A stretch of 64,000 nt of DNA from Octopus sinensis (GCF_006345805.1 NC_043000.1:34596001-34660000); one strand, 5' to 3'; shown: positions 24,316 through 38,505, counted from the stretch's first letter. Notes: generated by a model not told the origin, from the letters alone. Made by a program: numbers and translations.

Positions 24316-26900
24316 TCACTGCTTGGAGTCGAACTCTGAGATATTGATAAATTGGGTATAGCTGATCATGTATGGAAAAATGGAGACCACCTCCCCTGTG
24401 GGATGAAGTTAAAATAATATACAGAGAACACCACTGGAAAATACGTAAACTAAAAGAAGCAGCACATATGCTAGGACACAACAACATCCTAAGCAGACTA
24501 AGTGCAAATATGAACAACATATGAGAACTGGTATTAAGGAAGGATAGAAAAATATTAGATTTATAAGCCCTAAAAATTCACTCCATAATTGCTCATGGGC
24601 ATATGGTGTAGTTGTTAAGAGCGTGGGCTACTAACCCCAAGATTCCGAGTTTGATTCCAGGCAGTGACCTGAATAATAATAATAATAATAATAATGATAA
24701 TAACAACAACAACAACATCGAAAAATACCTTAGGAATGAGGACCCAGGTTCAAAATTTCCCCAAAATACCTGATGAAGGCTGGAGGGTATATCAGCCTAA
24801 ACGTGTTAACAACAAACAAGATGAGGACAAATGTCTGTCAAATGTAAATAATATGCATAATTATGTCCATTTGTCATTCCTTGAATGAGTTGCGAATCTT
24901 GAAGCAACGTCTAGTGCTTTTAATAATAGGGGTTTTCCAGTAGACAGAAATGTCAGATAATGTGAATTTATACAACTTATTTGTGTTTTAAGTGCTTGAA
25001 CCAATCTGTGGTGACTGAATTCCCGTTCTGTTGTGTACAACTGGTTGTGGTATTTCAGAATTGATGTTTGCTTTACTGTCTAGTTCTTCTTTCGTGGTAT
25101 TTATTAGTCTACGTTTGGGATTGGTCATAAAGTTAAGATTTGTGATCCTTCAGTATTATATTTTTTTTTTGTTTTTGCTAAGCATTTGGTTCTCTCTCCT
25201 ATTTATAATTTTGTTGCTAGATCTTTAGCTTCTCTGTTTATCATCTTCTATATATTGGGGTTTTCCCTCTTGAATTTTTTTTTTTGTTATACAATTATTT
25301 CGGGTGTTCTTGTAGCATATCGGTGCTTTCCCTTGTCTGCGAATGAGTTTTTCTGGAGTCTCACAGCAATTTGATATCTACGTGGATTTTATTATTAAAT
25401 CTTATCTTTATCATCATATTGATGAGGTCAGCTTTGAATTTGTGTGGGTCAGTTGCAAGCTGAAAACGCGTCATGGATTGGTGCATTGTTGTCCCTTTCC
25501 AAGTGGAATGCTTTCCATCAGTCTAGATTACATCATTCATTTTTTGGCTGAGCCATTTCAGAGATTGTTTGTTGATGGAAATGGTATATGTTGCTTCGCA
25601 TTCATCTTGCTTCTCAATTCATGGGGAGTACTCAATAAATGTTCTAAAGTATATGATTTATTTAAACTGAATGTTACTCAAGTTTCATGCCACTATAATC
25701 TTCAGGCAAGAACTCTTACAATTCAATCAGGTTATTTATATCTGTTGATTGTTAGCGTGTTCATTGGTTTGTTTTGTTTTATGCTACTGGAATGATTGGG
25801 GTTTTTTTTGTCATCTAATTGTTTATGTTCATTGAATTTGTTGGTGAAAATTTGTTTCTATTTTGTTCTGTTGTATTTTTATTGGGTAGCTTATTAATTA
25901 ATCTAATTAAGGTTGTTTGCTTATGTTTCGGTCAAGTCTGCTTCTTTGATTAGAAGAGGATGGGATCTGTTTTGCATTGTTTAATAATAGAAGATATTCA
26001 TGGTACAGTGATTTTGTTGATGTAGGTTTTGGTCAAGATTAGTGTGTGTGTGTGTGTTATATTTGTTGGCAAGAGGTATGTTTGTTGTTTGTATTTTGTT
26101 TTATTGTTTAATTTCTTTTCACAGTTATTGGATGTGATATGGCTCATTGAATTCACCTGCTAAACTCATTAAAAAGGTTTGCATTTTATGGAGAAGCTTC
26201 AGAGTATTTCATATCTTGGGAGTAAAACAATCCTTGGCCATGGTTAAGTAACCTTTGCTAATGTGTATTTTGAAATTTTTTAAAGCCCTTCAACAGCAAA
26301 GGGCTAAAAGCCTGGTTTATGGGAGTCGGTGTGTGTGGGTGGGTGGGGTTGATATTGAATTCACCTGACTGCTAATTAATCAGTCATATTTCTTTCATCA
26401 AGAAGTATTATGTGATTAGGAAGAATTTGTCTCATATTGGTATTAATATTCATGGCTGCTTGCTTTTGTAGGTGGCACTGCTAATGGTTTATTTTCTTTA
26501 ATTTTTGCTTTGCTTAAGACAAAATGAGTTGAAAACTTGTGTGTGAGTGTGTGTGTGTGTGTGTGTGCGCGTGTGTATGTGTGTGTGTGTGTGTGTGTGT
26601 GCCTGTATGCATGTGTCTATTTGTATATAATTTGGTCAAGGCTTGATTTTATTTAATTTTTGGTGAGTATGTCTGTTGTGTGTTGTATGTCAACTTGGCT
26701 TGGGTGTTTATAGTTGAATTCTTAGGGATGTCATTGTGGATAGGTTAGTTGTCTTATTTTGTTAGGAGTTCAGGCCAGTTTTTAAAGATGAATTTATTTT
26801 GGTGTCTGCAGTGTAACACGGTCTCATTTCTGTTGCCTAGTGGGATGTGTTTACTGTGATCATGTTTAATTTTTCTGTGCACAAAATGAATATAAAATAT
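23500..26900 (-). mobile_element. Degraded Penelope-like element (lineage 2): partial tandem (RT C-terminus, endonuclease, repeat, then ORF start and RT) with an inverted terminal segment
   Basis: Minus-strand motifs: KTYIN..(endonuclease, ~26000); RWKAF, FKADLINMMIKIRF, FADK, MINREAKDLATKL, ILKDHK, NPKRRLIN, LLKALD, IIMHVRK, MNGKKLGTFIKHLIKMLKG..QTNQPIVN (PLE RT). Segment 23500-23800 is an inverted copy of 25440-25750. Confidence 0.7.
24103..24852. mobile_element. Lineage-1 PLE head-to-head insertion (inverted terminal repeat + truncated endonuclease + tRNA-like head + HHR), nested in the lineage-2 RT
   Basis: Minus arm 24103-24336, plus arm 24337-24852; 12-bp TSD atgcataattat at 24091-24102 and 24853-24864; host RT reading is continuous across the TSD. 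Both HHRs are core-mutated. Confidence 0.85.
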
Positions 26901-29591
26901 ACATACACTGTTATCATTTAACATCTGCTTCTTCCCTTGCTGGTATAAGTTGAATGGAATGGCCTGAGTTAGTTTCTGTTCACAGTTACTTCCCTCCTAG
27001 GATGCTGTGGCTTCCTTTTGAACATTTCCCTTTTGGCTTGGTTTCTTTGGTTGGATACCCAGTCTGTCACCAGCGCAAGAGAGGTTGTAATGTCCCTGAC
27101 ACAAAACTAACCAATCTTCTCGGCCCTACAATGTCTCTCTTCATTCACCAATATCTTCACAGAGTGCACAAGGTGCATTTTATCATGGCACTGTCACGAG
27201 AGAAATTGCCATGTCTTTGATGGCATCAGTGAAGTTGTGAGATATCCTATGAGATCAGAGAATCCTCACTACACTCTGGTGTGTCTATTATCTCAAGGTA
27301 AAACATAAAAAAAAAATTACTAGAAGAGGAGATAACGACAGAAAAGGGTGAAGATTGTTGGAGTATGATGGTAGAAATGATATTCAGAGGGAGAGGGAAG
27401 TGGCGGAGGAAAAAGGAGTGGATAGCAATGTAGGTGGATGGTGGTAAAGGTGGATGCACCCATATAAAAAAGACACCCAAGCCGGTGCTATGGCAAAAGC
27501 ACCCACGCTGGCACCAAGTGAAAAGCATCCAAAGCACTTTATAAAGTGGTTGGCATTGGGAAGGCATCCACCCAGAGAAACCATGCCAAAGGAAACAAGT
27601 GGAGCCTGGTGCAGCTCTCCAGCCTTGCCAAACCATTCAACCCATACCAGCATAAAAAAAAACAGATGTTAACTGATGATGCTGGTTATTCACAAACACA
27701 CACACACACACACACACAAACACATATCCATGTACATGCACACACATACACGCATTTTATTTTAACATTTACATCCATAAACACACACACACACACGTGT
27801 ACGCACATACAAGTGTTTAATTTTGACATTTAGTTTCTTACTGATTAGTATATTGATAAGGTGTTTATTTTGAGAGGAGTGATGGGGTGAGGAAGAAAAG
27901 ATGAGATGAAAGGAGGAGAAAGAAGACGGGGAAAGAGAAAGAGTTATTGATTTCTCCCCCCCCCCCCTTCCCACCGTCCCAATGTCATTAGGCATTCTGT
28001 CCGGAGAACAGTCCTTAGCAATTGGCAACAGTGCAACAACACCAGTGATGTTGTCATCGTCTACATCGTTTCCATTGTGGAGATGAGAGGGGTGAGGGTG
28101 GGGTGGGAATGAGATGTGAGGAATGGGAGGAGGAGGAAGAGAAGGAGGGGACAGAACCAACAATAACAACAACAAGATGATGGCTGAAAGGGAAGGAACT
28201 GATATAAAGGTGATGGATTAAAGGAACAAATATCACCACCACCACCACCACCACCAGCAGTAGTAGTAGTACAACTACCACTTCCCAAAGTACTACTACT
28301 ACTACTACTACTACTGCAGTCGCCACCCTTGTCAATGAGATACTTAAATTCACTCCCACCGTATCAAACAGAAATTGTATACATTACAAATAGATGTACT
28401 CAGAGTACTGCAGGTGTGTGTGTGTGTGTATTTAACAGTAGTACTAATGAAATTTTAGTGAATGTTTATTTCATTTCTGCATCTGGTTCGCAAATCTCTT
28501 ACCACTTCTCTTTCACCTGTTCCGCTACTGCTCGTTAGACTGCGGTCATGCTGGAGCACCACCTTGAATGTTTTAGCCAAACATATCCACCCCCGTGTTT
28601 ATTTTACATTTTTGCTTTTTTAAAATCTTGCTACTTATTTTATCGGACAGTTTTTGCTGAACTGCTAGGTTACAAAGATGCAAACAAACCAACGCCGGCT
28701 GTCAAGTGGTGCTGGGAGATAAACACACACATACATAGATATATAAACATATCATCATCATCATCATTGTTTAATGTCTGTTTTCCATGCTGGCATAGGT
28801 TGGATGGTTTGACTAGGGACTGGCAAGTCAGGAGGCCGCATCAGGCTCCAATCTGATGTGGCAATGTTTCTACATTCCTAATGCCAGCCACTCCGAGAGT
28901 GTAGTGGGTGCTTTTTATGTGTCACCGGCATGGGAGCCAGTCAGGCGGCATTGGTATCAGCTACATTTGGATGGTACTTTTTACGTGCTACTGGCACAGG
29001 AGCCAGTCGGGGTATGGGGGCTGGCATCAACCACATTCAGATGGTGCTTTTTACGTGGTATGGTACGGAGCGCCAGTCAGGCGGGACAGGCAATGACCCA
29101 TGCATAAATGGTGCTTATTACGTGCCACTAGCATGGGAGCCAGTCAGGCGATATATATATATATATACAACAGGCTTCTTTTAGTTTCTGTCTACCAAAT
29201 CCATTCACAAGGCTTTGGCTGGCCTAACACTATAATAGAAGAGACTTGCCCAAGGTGTCGTAGATGGGTACTGAACCCAGACCCATGTGGGTTGGGAAGC
29301 AAACTTCTTACCACACAGCCACACCTACCCCGAAATGGTGTGCATTCTCTCCTGGTGACCCCATAAACTTGCTATCATCCAGTATGCAGAGCTTACAACT
29401 GGTAGCACTTGTGCCTGCAAGTTGTTTGCAAAACACGTGCGTGCGTGCGTGCATGCGTGCGTGCGTGCGTGCGTGTGTGTAAAATTTACATATATCTATG
29501 ACTTTATTTCAATCCAGCTGATATACATTCAAATTCCAGGACAGAGACACTAGTTTGTTGTGTGCTTTTATTTCTAACATTACACATTAGT

Positions 29592-29867
29592 ACATTATTT
29601 ACATTTGACAGATATTTGTCCTCATCTTGCTTGTTGTTAAACACAACGTTTTGGCTGATATGCCCTCCAGCCTTTATCAGGCGTCTTGGAGAAATTTTGA
29701 ACCTGGATTCTCATTTCTAAGGTATTTTTCGATGTTATTATTATTATTATTATTACTATTAAAAAGGTATTTTTCAATGTTATTATCAATCGAACTTAGA
29801 ATCTTGGGGTTAGTAGTCTGCGCTCTTAACCACTATGCCATTTGCCTGTGGGTATATGGTGTAGTGT
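29592..29867 (-). mobile_element. Family-1 unit (tRNA-like head, (AAT)n, mutated HHR) with a short inverted head stub
   Basis: HHR at 29640-29685 reads CTGATAA..AAAA on the minus strand; stub gggtatatggtgtagtg at about 29851-29867 faces away from the main head. Confidence 0.8.
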
Positions 29868-31286
29868 TATTTCTTTGCTGTTTAATCCATGTCATTGAAA
29901 CTTTGGTGTGCTTTCTGTTGGAAATTCTTCCAACTGGAACCCATCTTTGATAAGACTGGTGTCAATATATTTGTCAGCCAGGTAGACTGATGCAAATAGG
30001 GTTCTGTGCTTTTATTTCTAAGGGATACGACATAACAGACTGTAAAAGGTATTTAATGAAACAGATTAAGGAAACAGATTCTAGATGTAAATTTATGATG
30101 AATGACAAGAAAGGAGGTGAAAAGTTGGTCTGTGAAAATGTAACACTTCAACTGCCTCGCTCTCTTCCTGATAACACCATACAATATTAATGTTCCTATT
30201 GATGTTGCTGACAAAATGACACTCGACTCTAGGAAATATCTTTGAGAAACGCTTTTCTCACTTTATCATAAATCATGTTAAGGTTAACACTGAGCTTGGT
30301 AAAAACCATTCTTCAAGAGATTACAAAAGAATCTGCAGAAGCTATGAACGCCTGTACACAAAAGTTGCTGTTAGAAGCCTTTAGCTACAACAGCAGCTAA
30401 CTATTTCTTCTTCTTCCTTTTTTTTCCATTTTCTCAACCTTGTAGATCGTCTCGTTCAGTGCCTGCCTGGGATCGCAGTTAGACTACAAGTTGGTCTTCT
30501 TACTAAAACACCTGGCCAATATTGGTATTGCTTGTTCCAAGCTGAAGAAATACTTGTTTAAATTTTGGCATTGTTTCATCTTTTCTTTTTCTATGACAAC
30601 AACAACAATAAACAAAAGAGCGAAGATTCGGTTTCTATCATTGACACATGTAATGAAGACAATCGGAGAGATGAAGGCTATTCTCAGAAATCATACAACC
30701 GACTTTAATCTTGGTAGTTTTTGTTTTCCACTGGATAGGTCACAGCTAAATCTATCATTTTTATGGCCAAACTTACTTAGCCAACAATTAAATAACCATT
30801 TTCTACAACAGAACACTAAAGAGGACATGGTATGTTCCAAGCAAAATAACCTACAATCATCATTTTTTCAATGGCCATTTCTCAAATGTCTGTTCTCTTC
30901 TTCTTCCTCCACCTTACACCCCCACCTTTGATTTTTTTTTTTTTATTTCCCAAACTTTCACTTAATACTTTTAGGATGGAAGTTGTTTTTAGTTCCATAT
31001 TCACCAAACTATATTCCAAATATTAAACTAAAATACAGCTTTTGTTTCATACATATTAATAATAGAGTTTTTTCTGTCTGTGATGCTGATATATAGTGAA
31101 ACCTAGCTCAAAGTAATGGGCTAAATAATTGATTCTTTACCAACACCTAACTTGCTCTCTGTCTGTCTGTATGTACCCTCCTACCACCCCCCTCTCTCAC
31201 TCACTTTTCTTCGCCAGTTGCAATGGAAGCTAACTTACAAACACTCTCACTACAACAACAGCATCATGTATTTTACCTACAACTTA

Positions 31287-31320
<34 letters not shown>

Positions 31321-31650
31321 GTTGGTGTTGTTGTTGTTGCTGTTATTATTATCATCATCATTAGTGTTGTTACGTCAATAACAATAAAATTTACTGCAGC
31401 TGCCCATGCATTATGATAATCATTTCCACAGTAATGTATTCAAATATGGAAGATGTTGCAGAGTTTGTTCAGGTCCCCCCCCCCTACATCCCTTAAACAC
31501 TGAATATTCCTCTTTCAGTCCTGATATTCTTATAAAAGAACCCCAATAAAAAACTTTCATTGGTATACATTGACTGAGAGTTTTAAAAAACGATTTCTTA
31601 TTTTAGATATGTTTTGTTATTGAGGTTTTGCTATCTTTGATTACCTTTAA

Positions 31651-31873
31651 CCCTTTCGTTACCAATCCGGCTGAAACTGGTTCTGGCTCTGTAGTGGAAA
31701 ATGTCTTTCTTTCATAAGTTTTGAATTAAAATCTTCCACCAAATCTTAGTCACAATTTATGTTCCTAACACCAGCTGAATGATAACTAAGTCATTTTACT
31801 AAATTCTTTGTTAAATTTAAAATTAATTGAAAGAAACATAGAGTGTATCAAAATAAATACAGTAACGAAAGGG
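31651..31873. mobile_element. piggyBac-type MITE
   Basis: Perfect 12-bp TIRs ccctttcgttac / gtaacgaaaggg flanked by TTAA at 31647-31650 and 31874-31877; non-coding. Confidence 0.9.
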
Positions 31874-32716
31874 TTAATTAATTAGATTGCGAAATTGTAG
31901 AGTGATATCTTTAAATATGTTCATTTTTTTTGCTCAAATGATCAGAAGATGCTATAAATATTGTAATATTTCACAACTCCAGTGTTGAGTGACTGGGTAA
32001 AGTGTGCCAACAAGGTAACTGGATATTTAGATTAAGACATAGACAACACAAGGCAAAAAAAATAAATGGGCACCAAAAACAACACACAAGATTATAAAGT
32101 TAATGTAGTGGGAAAGAAAAGAAAGGAAGACGCATTGACTTTTCAGATATTTGTCCTTTGTCAAAAGGAAGGAGAAGGAAAATTCAGTGTGGGATTCAGA
32201 GATGAAGCATGCTGGGATGGCAGACAAGAAGTGAGTTGATTTAGTGGTTTCCAGCAAAGAAAAAGCATACAGCAAGGGAGATGAATGTGGGAACAATGAT
32301 GTGCATGTGTGTGTGTGTAAGTAGACAAGTCTGTGTGTGTGTGTGTGTGTGTGTGTGTATGAGTGATGTGAATATGACTTGATATTGTGAGGTTCAATAA
32401 ACAGGGCCTCACTGAGTGTGGATTCATGGTAGATCAGAGGTAGAGTGTGTGTTAGTGTATGGGTAGAATGAGTCCACAACAAACCAAACATTAAGAACCT
32501 TTACACAATGTAATTTGTTTCCAACAAAATAAAATTTCTTCATTACAGAAAAATAAAAATAAAATTATATGGCATTGATACTTCACAGAGTTTCCAAAAT
32601 TTCTCAAAACAGAATCAACATCTAAGAGGTTCTGATTCTATAAATTTGATGACCACATTCTCTTTCTTGCTATGCTTTTGGCTATAGAATCATATAAAAT
32701 ACTTTGGATCTGTTCA

Positions 32717-33839
32717 GTTTGGCTCACAGATTTTTTAATTAATTTTGTTTTAACTAAACAGTTTGAAACTTCATACACTGGTGTAATTTCTCATGCAGAA
32801 CACAGTTTACTTTGAACATTTTTGACAAAATTTCGCATTTTAGAAGTTATTTCGTGTTAAAGTCATCGTATTTGGGTAATTTTAACCAATCAACAATGCA
32901 TATTCAGTTGAAGAAAGCTACTGCTGTTTGTGATGGTAATCGAAGAGGATCAAATTCCAGGTCATCTCTACTAAATGTGACCAAACATACAGCACATACA
33001 GCACACCGGTGTTTAAAAGACATATAGAGCTACGGGTCTGCAGCTAGCTTTTTTGTTGTTGACGTATATGTACTTTCAAAATGCTTTATTTTACAATGAT
33101 GAGATGTATTGTTATTGTTATGATTTTATCTTATTATAATCAACAACAAACACATTTCGTCAATATTAAATTCTTTATTAGATTAAAAATAACATTATCA
33201 AAACATGAAAGTAAAACAAAACAAATATGCTTTATTTTCTTCCAGGCACCAACGTAGCTGTTGTGTTTTACGTTGTTCACTGAAAAAATCAGTGGAATCA
33301 GTCGATGTCCATACATAAATTATTTTCCTCCTGAAACTTATAAAAAAAGTACACATATTAAGTGCACCTTTCTATAAGCCACACACTAAATTTTCCAGGT
33401 AAAAAACAGGGGCTTATACACCGGAAAATATGGTAATTGTAGTGGCAGTGACAAGTTCGCTCGCTGGTTGGTAGTTGATAATGTAGAAGTGGCTCTCTGC
33501 CAGTGGAGAGAGAAAGAGTAAGGAATGCATGGTGCTGACTAGAAAGAAAGGATAACATATGAATAAAACAGGGTGGTGACATTTAGTAGAGATGAGCCGG
33601 AAGGAGTTCCTCTTTGATTACTATTGCAAACAGCAGTAGCTTTCTTCAACTGAATACACATCGCTGATTGGTTAAAATTACCCAGATATGACAACTTTAA
33701 TACAAAATAACTTCTAAAATATAAAATTTCGTAAAAAATGTTCAAAGTAAACCATGTTCTGCATGACAAATTACACCAGTGTATGAAGTTTCAAACTGTT
33801 TAGTTAAAAAAAATTATTTAAAAAATCTGTGAGCCAAAC
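32717..33839. mobile_element. Foldback-like element with ~265-bp inverted arms (32717-32982 / 33575-33839)
   Basis: Arms are reverse complementary along their length with scattered mismatches; the spacer carries a pogo/Tigger-like end (cttatacaccggaaaatatggta, about 33415-33435). Confidence 0.8.
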
Positions 33840-33869
33840 AAAACACTACTTCCTCTCCTGGACTCCTGT

Positions 33870-34120
33870 GTTAAAAATACTCAGGATGCATCATGGGTCC
33901 AATTACAAATTATGTCATTCCCTTCAACATTTAGCTTTTCCTCCTTTTGATGGAGTCTTTGATTATTCCTGAGCTAAGTTTTAGGTTATTGTTATGCTGC
34001 AAATTTCATGATTGCTCCAAAATCTCCAGATTGATTGAGCTATTTTTGATGTCCTTCATCTGATGTATGAAACTGACCTCTTTTAATGACATGCTGCCCC
34101 AAATTATGACATTACCAATA
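33870..34120 (-). pseudogene. Highly degraded Tc1-like transposase fragment
   Basis: GNVIIWGSMS..FIHQMKDI..LEILEQ..QHNNNLK resembles Tc1 GxVMVWGCMS and QQDNDPKH motifs. Confidence 0.4.
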
Positions 34121-35759
34121 GCTTAATTAAGTGCCAGATCCTGATTGGTCGTTGGATGGACACTTGGCTGTCAAAACTAAACCAACTCACTCTCAAATCA
34201 CTTGACCCTGGTGCTGGTTGCTGGAGCCTACCGATGAGTATTTAGAAGGAAATTTGGCAGGATGGTCAGTGACCTGTTGACATTCATTGACGCTGCATTG
34301 AAGAAACCAAAGAACAAAAGAAAAAAGGAGAAAGGGAAAAAAGCATTCAACACCAGAGCTGAAGACACCTCTGAAAAAGTGGGGGCACCATGTCGCAAAT
34401 GTTAGAGGATTAGGGGCCGAAACTGGATGTAGTTCCTCCTGATGATGTCTTTAGCCACTGGATCCTATAAAAGAACTGTTGAGATAGCGAACCACGAACC
34501 ATGATTGGAATTCCCCATTTGATCAATGAGAGAAAACTTTGTTTTGTATTTCCTAGTGAACATTAAGGAAAACCTGTTTTTCATAGAAATAAAAGTACAA
34601 CAAGCACCACAAGCTGGAATTTCTTTGGTCAATGTCTGATAATATTATCCATGTGCAAAATCATTCTCAATCAAAAGAGTAGTGTACACAGCAGAAGATA
34701 TACCTTTTGTCCCCACTTCTACTCCAACTGTCAATCCCCTAAGAATGGAATGTGAGTCAACCTTTGCTGAAGATGAACCTCAACAGATACCCTGCAGTAT
34801 CGCACAGGTCAACACAAACAACTACAACAACAGCAAACTCAATAAAAACTAAGTGTTCTCCTACTCCTCCTCCTACAGCAATAACAACAACAACAGTGAC
34901 AATAACAAAAATAAAAATATGTACAACAATAACAAAAACTGCAACAATAGCAACAGAATCAAATCATCAACAAACACAAACTGAAAATCAATCCCATTGG
35001 CAGAGATTGACTTATATGTAGAAGACAACACACAGAGTTTAATCCTAGGTAGTTGCACGGGTTAGCCAGTAGGGCAGAATGTCACTACTGCCTCATATTG
35101 CTCTCCCCTTCTCACATGCCATAGTGACAGACAGGATTACAAAAAAAAAAGCATCTACAGAGGGTAACAAAAACATACAGAATGTAATAAAGATAGATAC
35201 AGAGGGTAATATAGACATATACAGTGGATAATAAAAGTCACATACAGAGCGTAATTAAAGACATATACAGAGGATCTGGAACAGTAGTGGCACTGTGACA
35301 TTTCGCACCAAATATTCACTTGCTATTCAAACAAATGGTATTGAAACAGTGCTATGGTGGTGTCCCTAAATACGAAGAGTTTTTACCCTGTGCAATGAGA
35401 GATTTAGGGCTCCTGGAATAATTAAACAATAGTAGAGTACAAAGACTGTTCCTTTTCATGTGGTTTGGCAAGGTTTTAAGATCCTATCTACCCGGTGTAT
35501 TTTGATCACTGTTAGGTTGGGTGATAGTCACCACCTTTACAACTGCACGATTCTTAACAAAAGATTCTATGCTTTCTGACTGGAAGATCATATGTTAATC
35601 TTAGATAATCCTGCTATATTCTTATCGTAGAAGAACCAAACAAAGCAAATGCTCTTAAGCAAAATAATTATTGTGTTCTTTGAGTTAGCACCTAGTGGTA
35701 CCTTACAAACTGAAACAACATCAAAAGATTCCTTTGTTCAAGAATTTTATTGTAATTTT

Positions 35760-36857
35760 ACACACAAATACACACATATACTTACATATAGGCACACAAA
35801 TATTTACATATACACACACAAACACGTGATTATATATACACAAAAACACGCTCACACATGTATATACAAACACATGCACACAAATACTAACATACACATA
35901 CATTCACTTACATACATATACTTACACACACACATACATATACAAATACATACGCAATCACACTTATACTTACATACACAGATAAATACACACATATACA
36001 GTGACAAGTGGGTTAATATATACACATTGATAGATGAGTGCTTATTGATTTATGTTAAGCACATGTGCATAGTTAAATGCATATGTACACTCACACACAT
36101 GTATACATACATACATACGTATGTATGTACATACGTACGCATGTACATACATACAAATACATACATGTATACATACATACATAGACACATACATGTATAC
36201 ATATGTACATATATATATACATATATATACTTACACACACACACATATACATATGGACATACATACCTACACACATAGATGTATACAAATGTACATATAT
36301 ACATACATACCACCCACATGGACTTCAATAAATGCTTTTATACTACTTTTATACGCATCAACATACATACGTGCATATCTACATACATACACACACAAAC
36401 ACCTTCACACACATTCATAAACACATACATGCATCCAAGCATACATATATACATCTGCATAGACAACATGTACATAAAAACACACATATACATACAAACA
36501 TACAGACCTACACACAAAAATATACATCTACATAGATATAAATACATGTACACACACACACATTAATTCCCAAAGCAAATCCAATTTGTTTTGGGAATGA
36601 AGATTGGCAAAAGGGGCTGCCCATATTGACTGTCCGCTCCCTAGTGGTTGATAAATCCACCACAGGATTAGGAAGAGACCCTATCACTCTGGCTGCAAGG
36701 GAAATTCTGTCCCAGGTTCGGAGCTGCAAGGTTACAGTTCTTATTTTGTCAAAAACATCTCTAAATGAGTTCTTGAAGGAAAGGTGTTTGATATGTCATC
36801 CAGATTCACTTCTTATTGGACGCTTAAAAAGGCCACTGTCTATGTACCAACAGGTAT

Positions 36858-36891
<34 letters not shown>

Positions 36892-37295
36892 GATATGTGT
36901 GTACACACATACATACGCATATATACGTATATTCTTTTATTCTTTTTTAGTCATTTGACTGCAGCCATGCTGGAGCACCACCTTTAGTCAAACAAATCGA
37001 CACTACAACTTATTCTTTGTAAGCCTAGTACTTATTCTGCTGGTCTCTTTTGCCAAACTGCTAAGTTATGGGGACATAAACACACAAGCATTGGTTGTCA
37101 AGTGATGTAGGGGGAACAAACACAGACAGACAAACATATATATATATATATATACGACAGGCTTTTTTCAGTTTCTTTCTATCAAATCCACTCACAAGGC
37201 TTTGGTCGGGCTGAGGCTGTAGAAGACACTTGCCCATGGTGCCACGCAGTGGGACTGAACCTGGAACCATGTGGTTGGTAAGCAAGATACTTACC

Positions 37296-37335
<40 letters not shown>

Positions 37336-37348
37336 CTGTGTATGTGAA

Positions 37349-37380
<32 letters not shown>

Positions 37381-37381
37381 C

Positions 37382-37422
<41 letters not shown>

Positions 37423-37720
37423 TATAGACACATGCATATATATATGTACATACTGATATATATACATATATATATAGACACACAAACAATTTCATTTGAA
37501 ATTACGTCAGCAAATAGCCACAGTGAAAACTACAAATGTATATATGGCATGTGTGTATGAATGTTTATATGTATGCTTGCGTAACTGATTGTATATGCAT
37601 GTCTGCATAGCTGTATATATCTACACATACACACACATATGATATATGTATCTACATATGCATATACATACATATACAAATCTACATCAATAAATTATGC
37701 AGACATATGTGAATACATAG
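35760..37720. repeat. CA/TA/CATA microsatellite fields with an embedded SINE family A copy (36940-37300, minus)
   Basis: Visible repeats; a short unique stretch lies at about 36570-36850. Confidence 0.8.
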
Positions 37721-37894
37721 CTTAACAATGGACACAGCTTGTTTGTGTGTGTGTGTGTATATATCTTACATACATATCTGTAGCTCAGTAGAGTTTATCT
37801 CCCTGCATCTTGAGTATGTATGTCCTAGCTCTATACAGCCTACCTTCTCATACCTCATGTGGATACAGCTTGTTTTCTTACACTTCATGTATGC

Positions 37895-37948
<54 letters not shown>

Positions 37949-38467
37949 TATCTTTCTAAACCTCATATATGTCCAGCTCTCTATAGCTTGTCTTTATATA
38001 TACCTCATATACACAACGCTAGTCTTTCTATAACTAACATCAACAGCAATATCAAAATCTAATCAAATGAAAATTGTAGTTGTGATCCCTGTGCCGGTAG
38101 CATGTAAAAAGCACCATCCGAACGTGGCCGATGCCAGTGCCACTTTGATTGGCTTCAGCGCTGGTGGCACGTAAAAACCACCATCCAATCCTGGTCGACC
38201 AGCTCTTCTGATCTCTGTGTCAGTGGCACATAAAAAGCACACACTACACTCTCGGAGTGGTTGGCATTAGGAAGGGCATCCAGCTGCAGAAACACTGCCG
38301 CCAGATCAGATTGGGGCCTGGTGCAGCCTCCTGGTTTCTCAGACTCCAGTCGAACCGTCCAACCCATGCCAGCATGGAAAACGGACGTTAAACGATGATG
38401 ATAATGATGATATATATATATATATATATATATACTTTATTTAAAGCAGCAGAAAATTCAACAAAAT

Positions 38468-38505
38468 CTGTTACTCTGAGTTTCTCGTTGCCGTTCATCA
38501 GACAG
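38468..38505 (-). ncRNA. Minimal type-I hammerhead ribozyme, family 4 (left arm)
   Basis: Minus strand ctgt-CTGATGA-acg[gcaa]cga-GAAA-ctc[a]gagta/acag: canonical core, GNRA loop 2, near-palindromic stem III, GUA cleavage triplet. Confidence 0.7.

Noticed and set aside
25670-25710. CTGAAGA..GAAACTTGAGTA hammerhead-like string (minus strand; also about 23540-23580 on plus)
   Set aside because: Core and palindromic stem III are suggestive and the position fits a PLE repeat, but stems I and II cannot pair; at best a relic, so not counted.
25343-25795. 150-aa plus-strand ORF duplicated at 23455-23802
   Set aside because: Antisense reading of the degraded PLE; the duplication is the element's inverted segment.
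36570-36850. Unique-looking stretch with ORFs on both strands
   Set aside because: No recognisable domain, no matched splice sites; cannot support a call.
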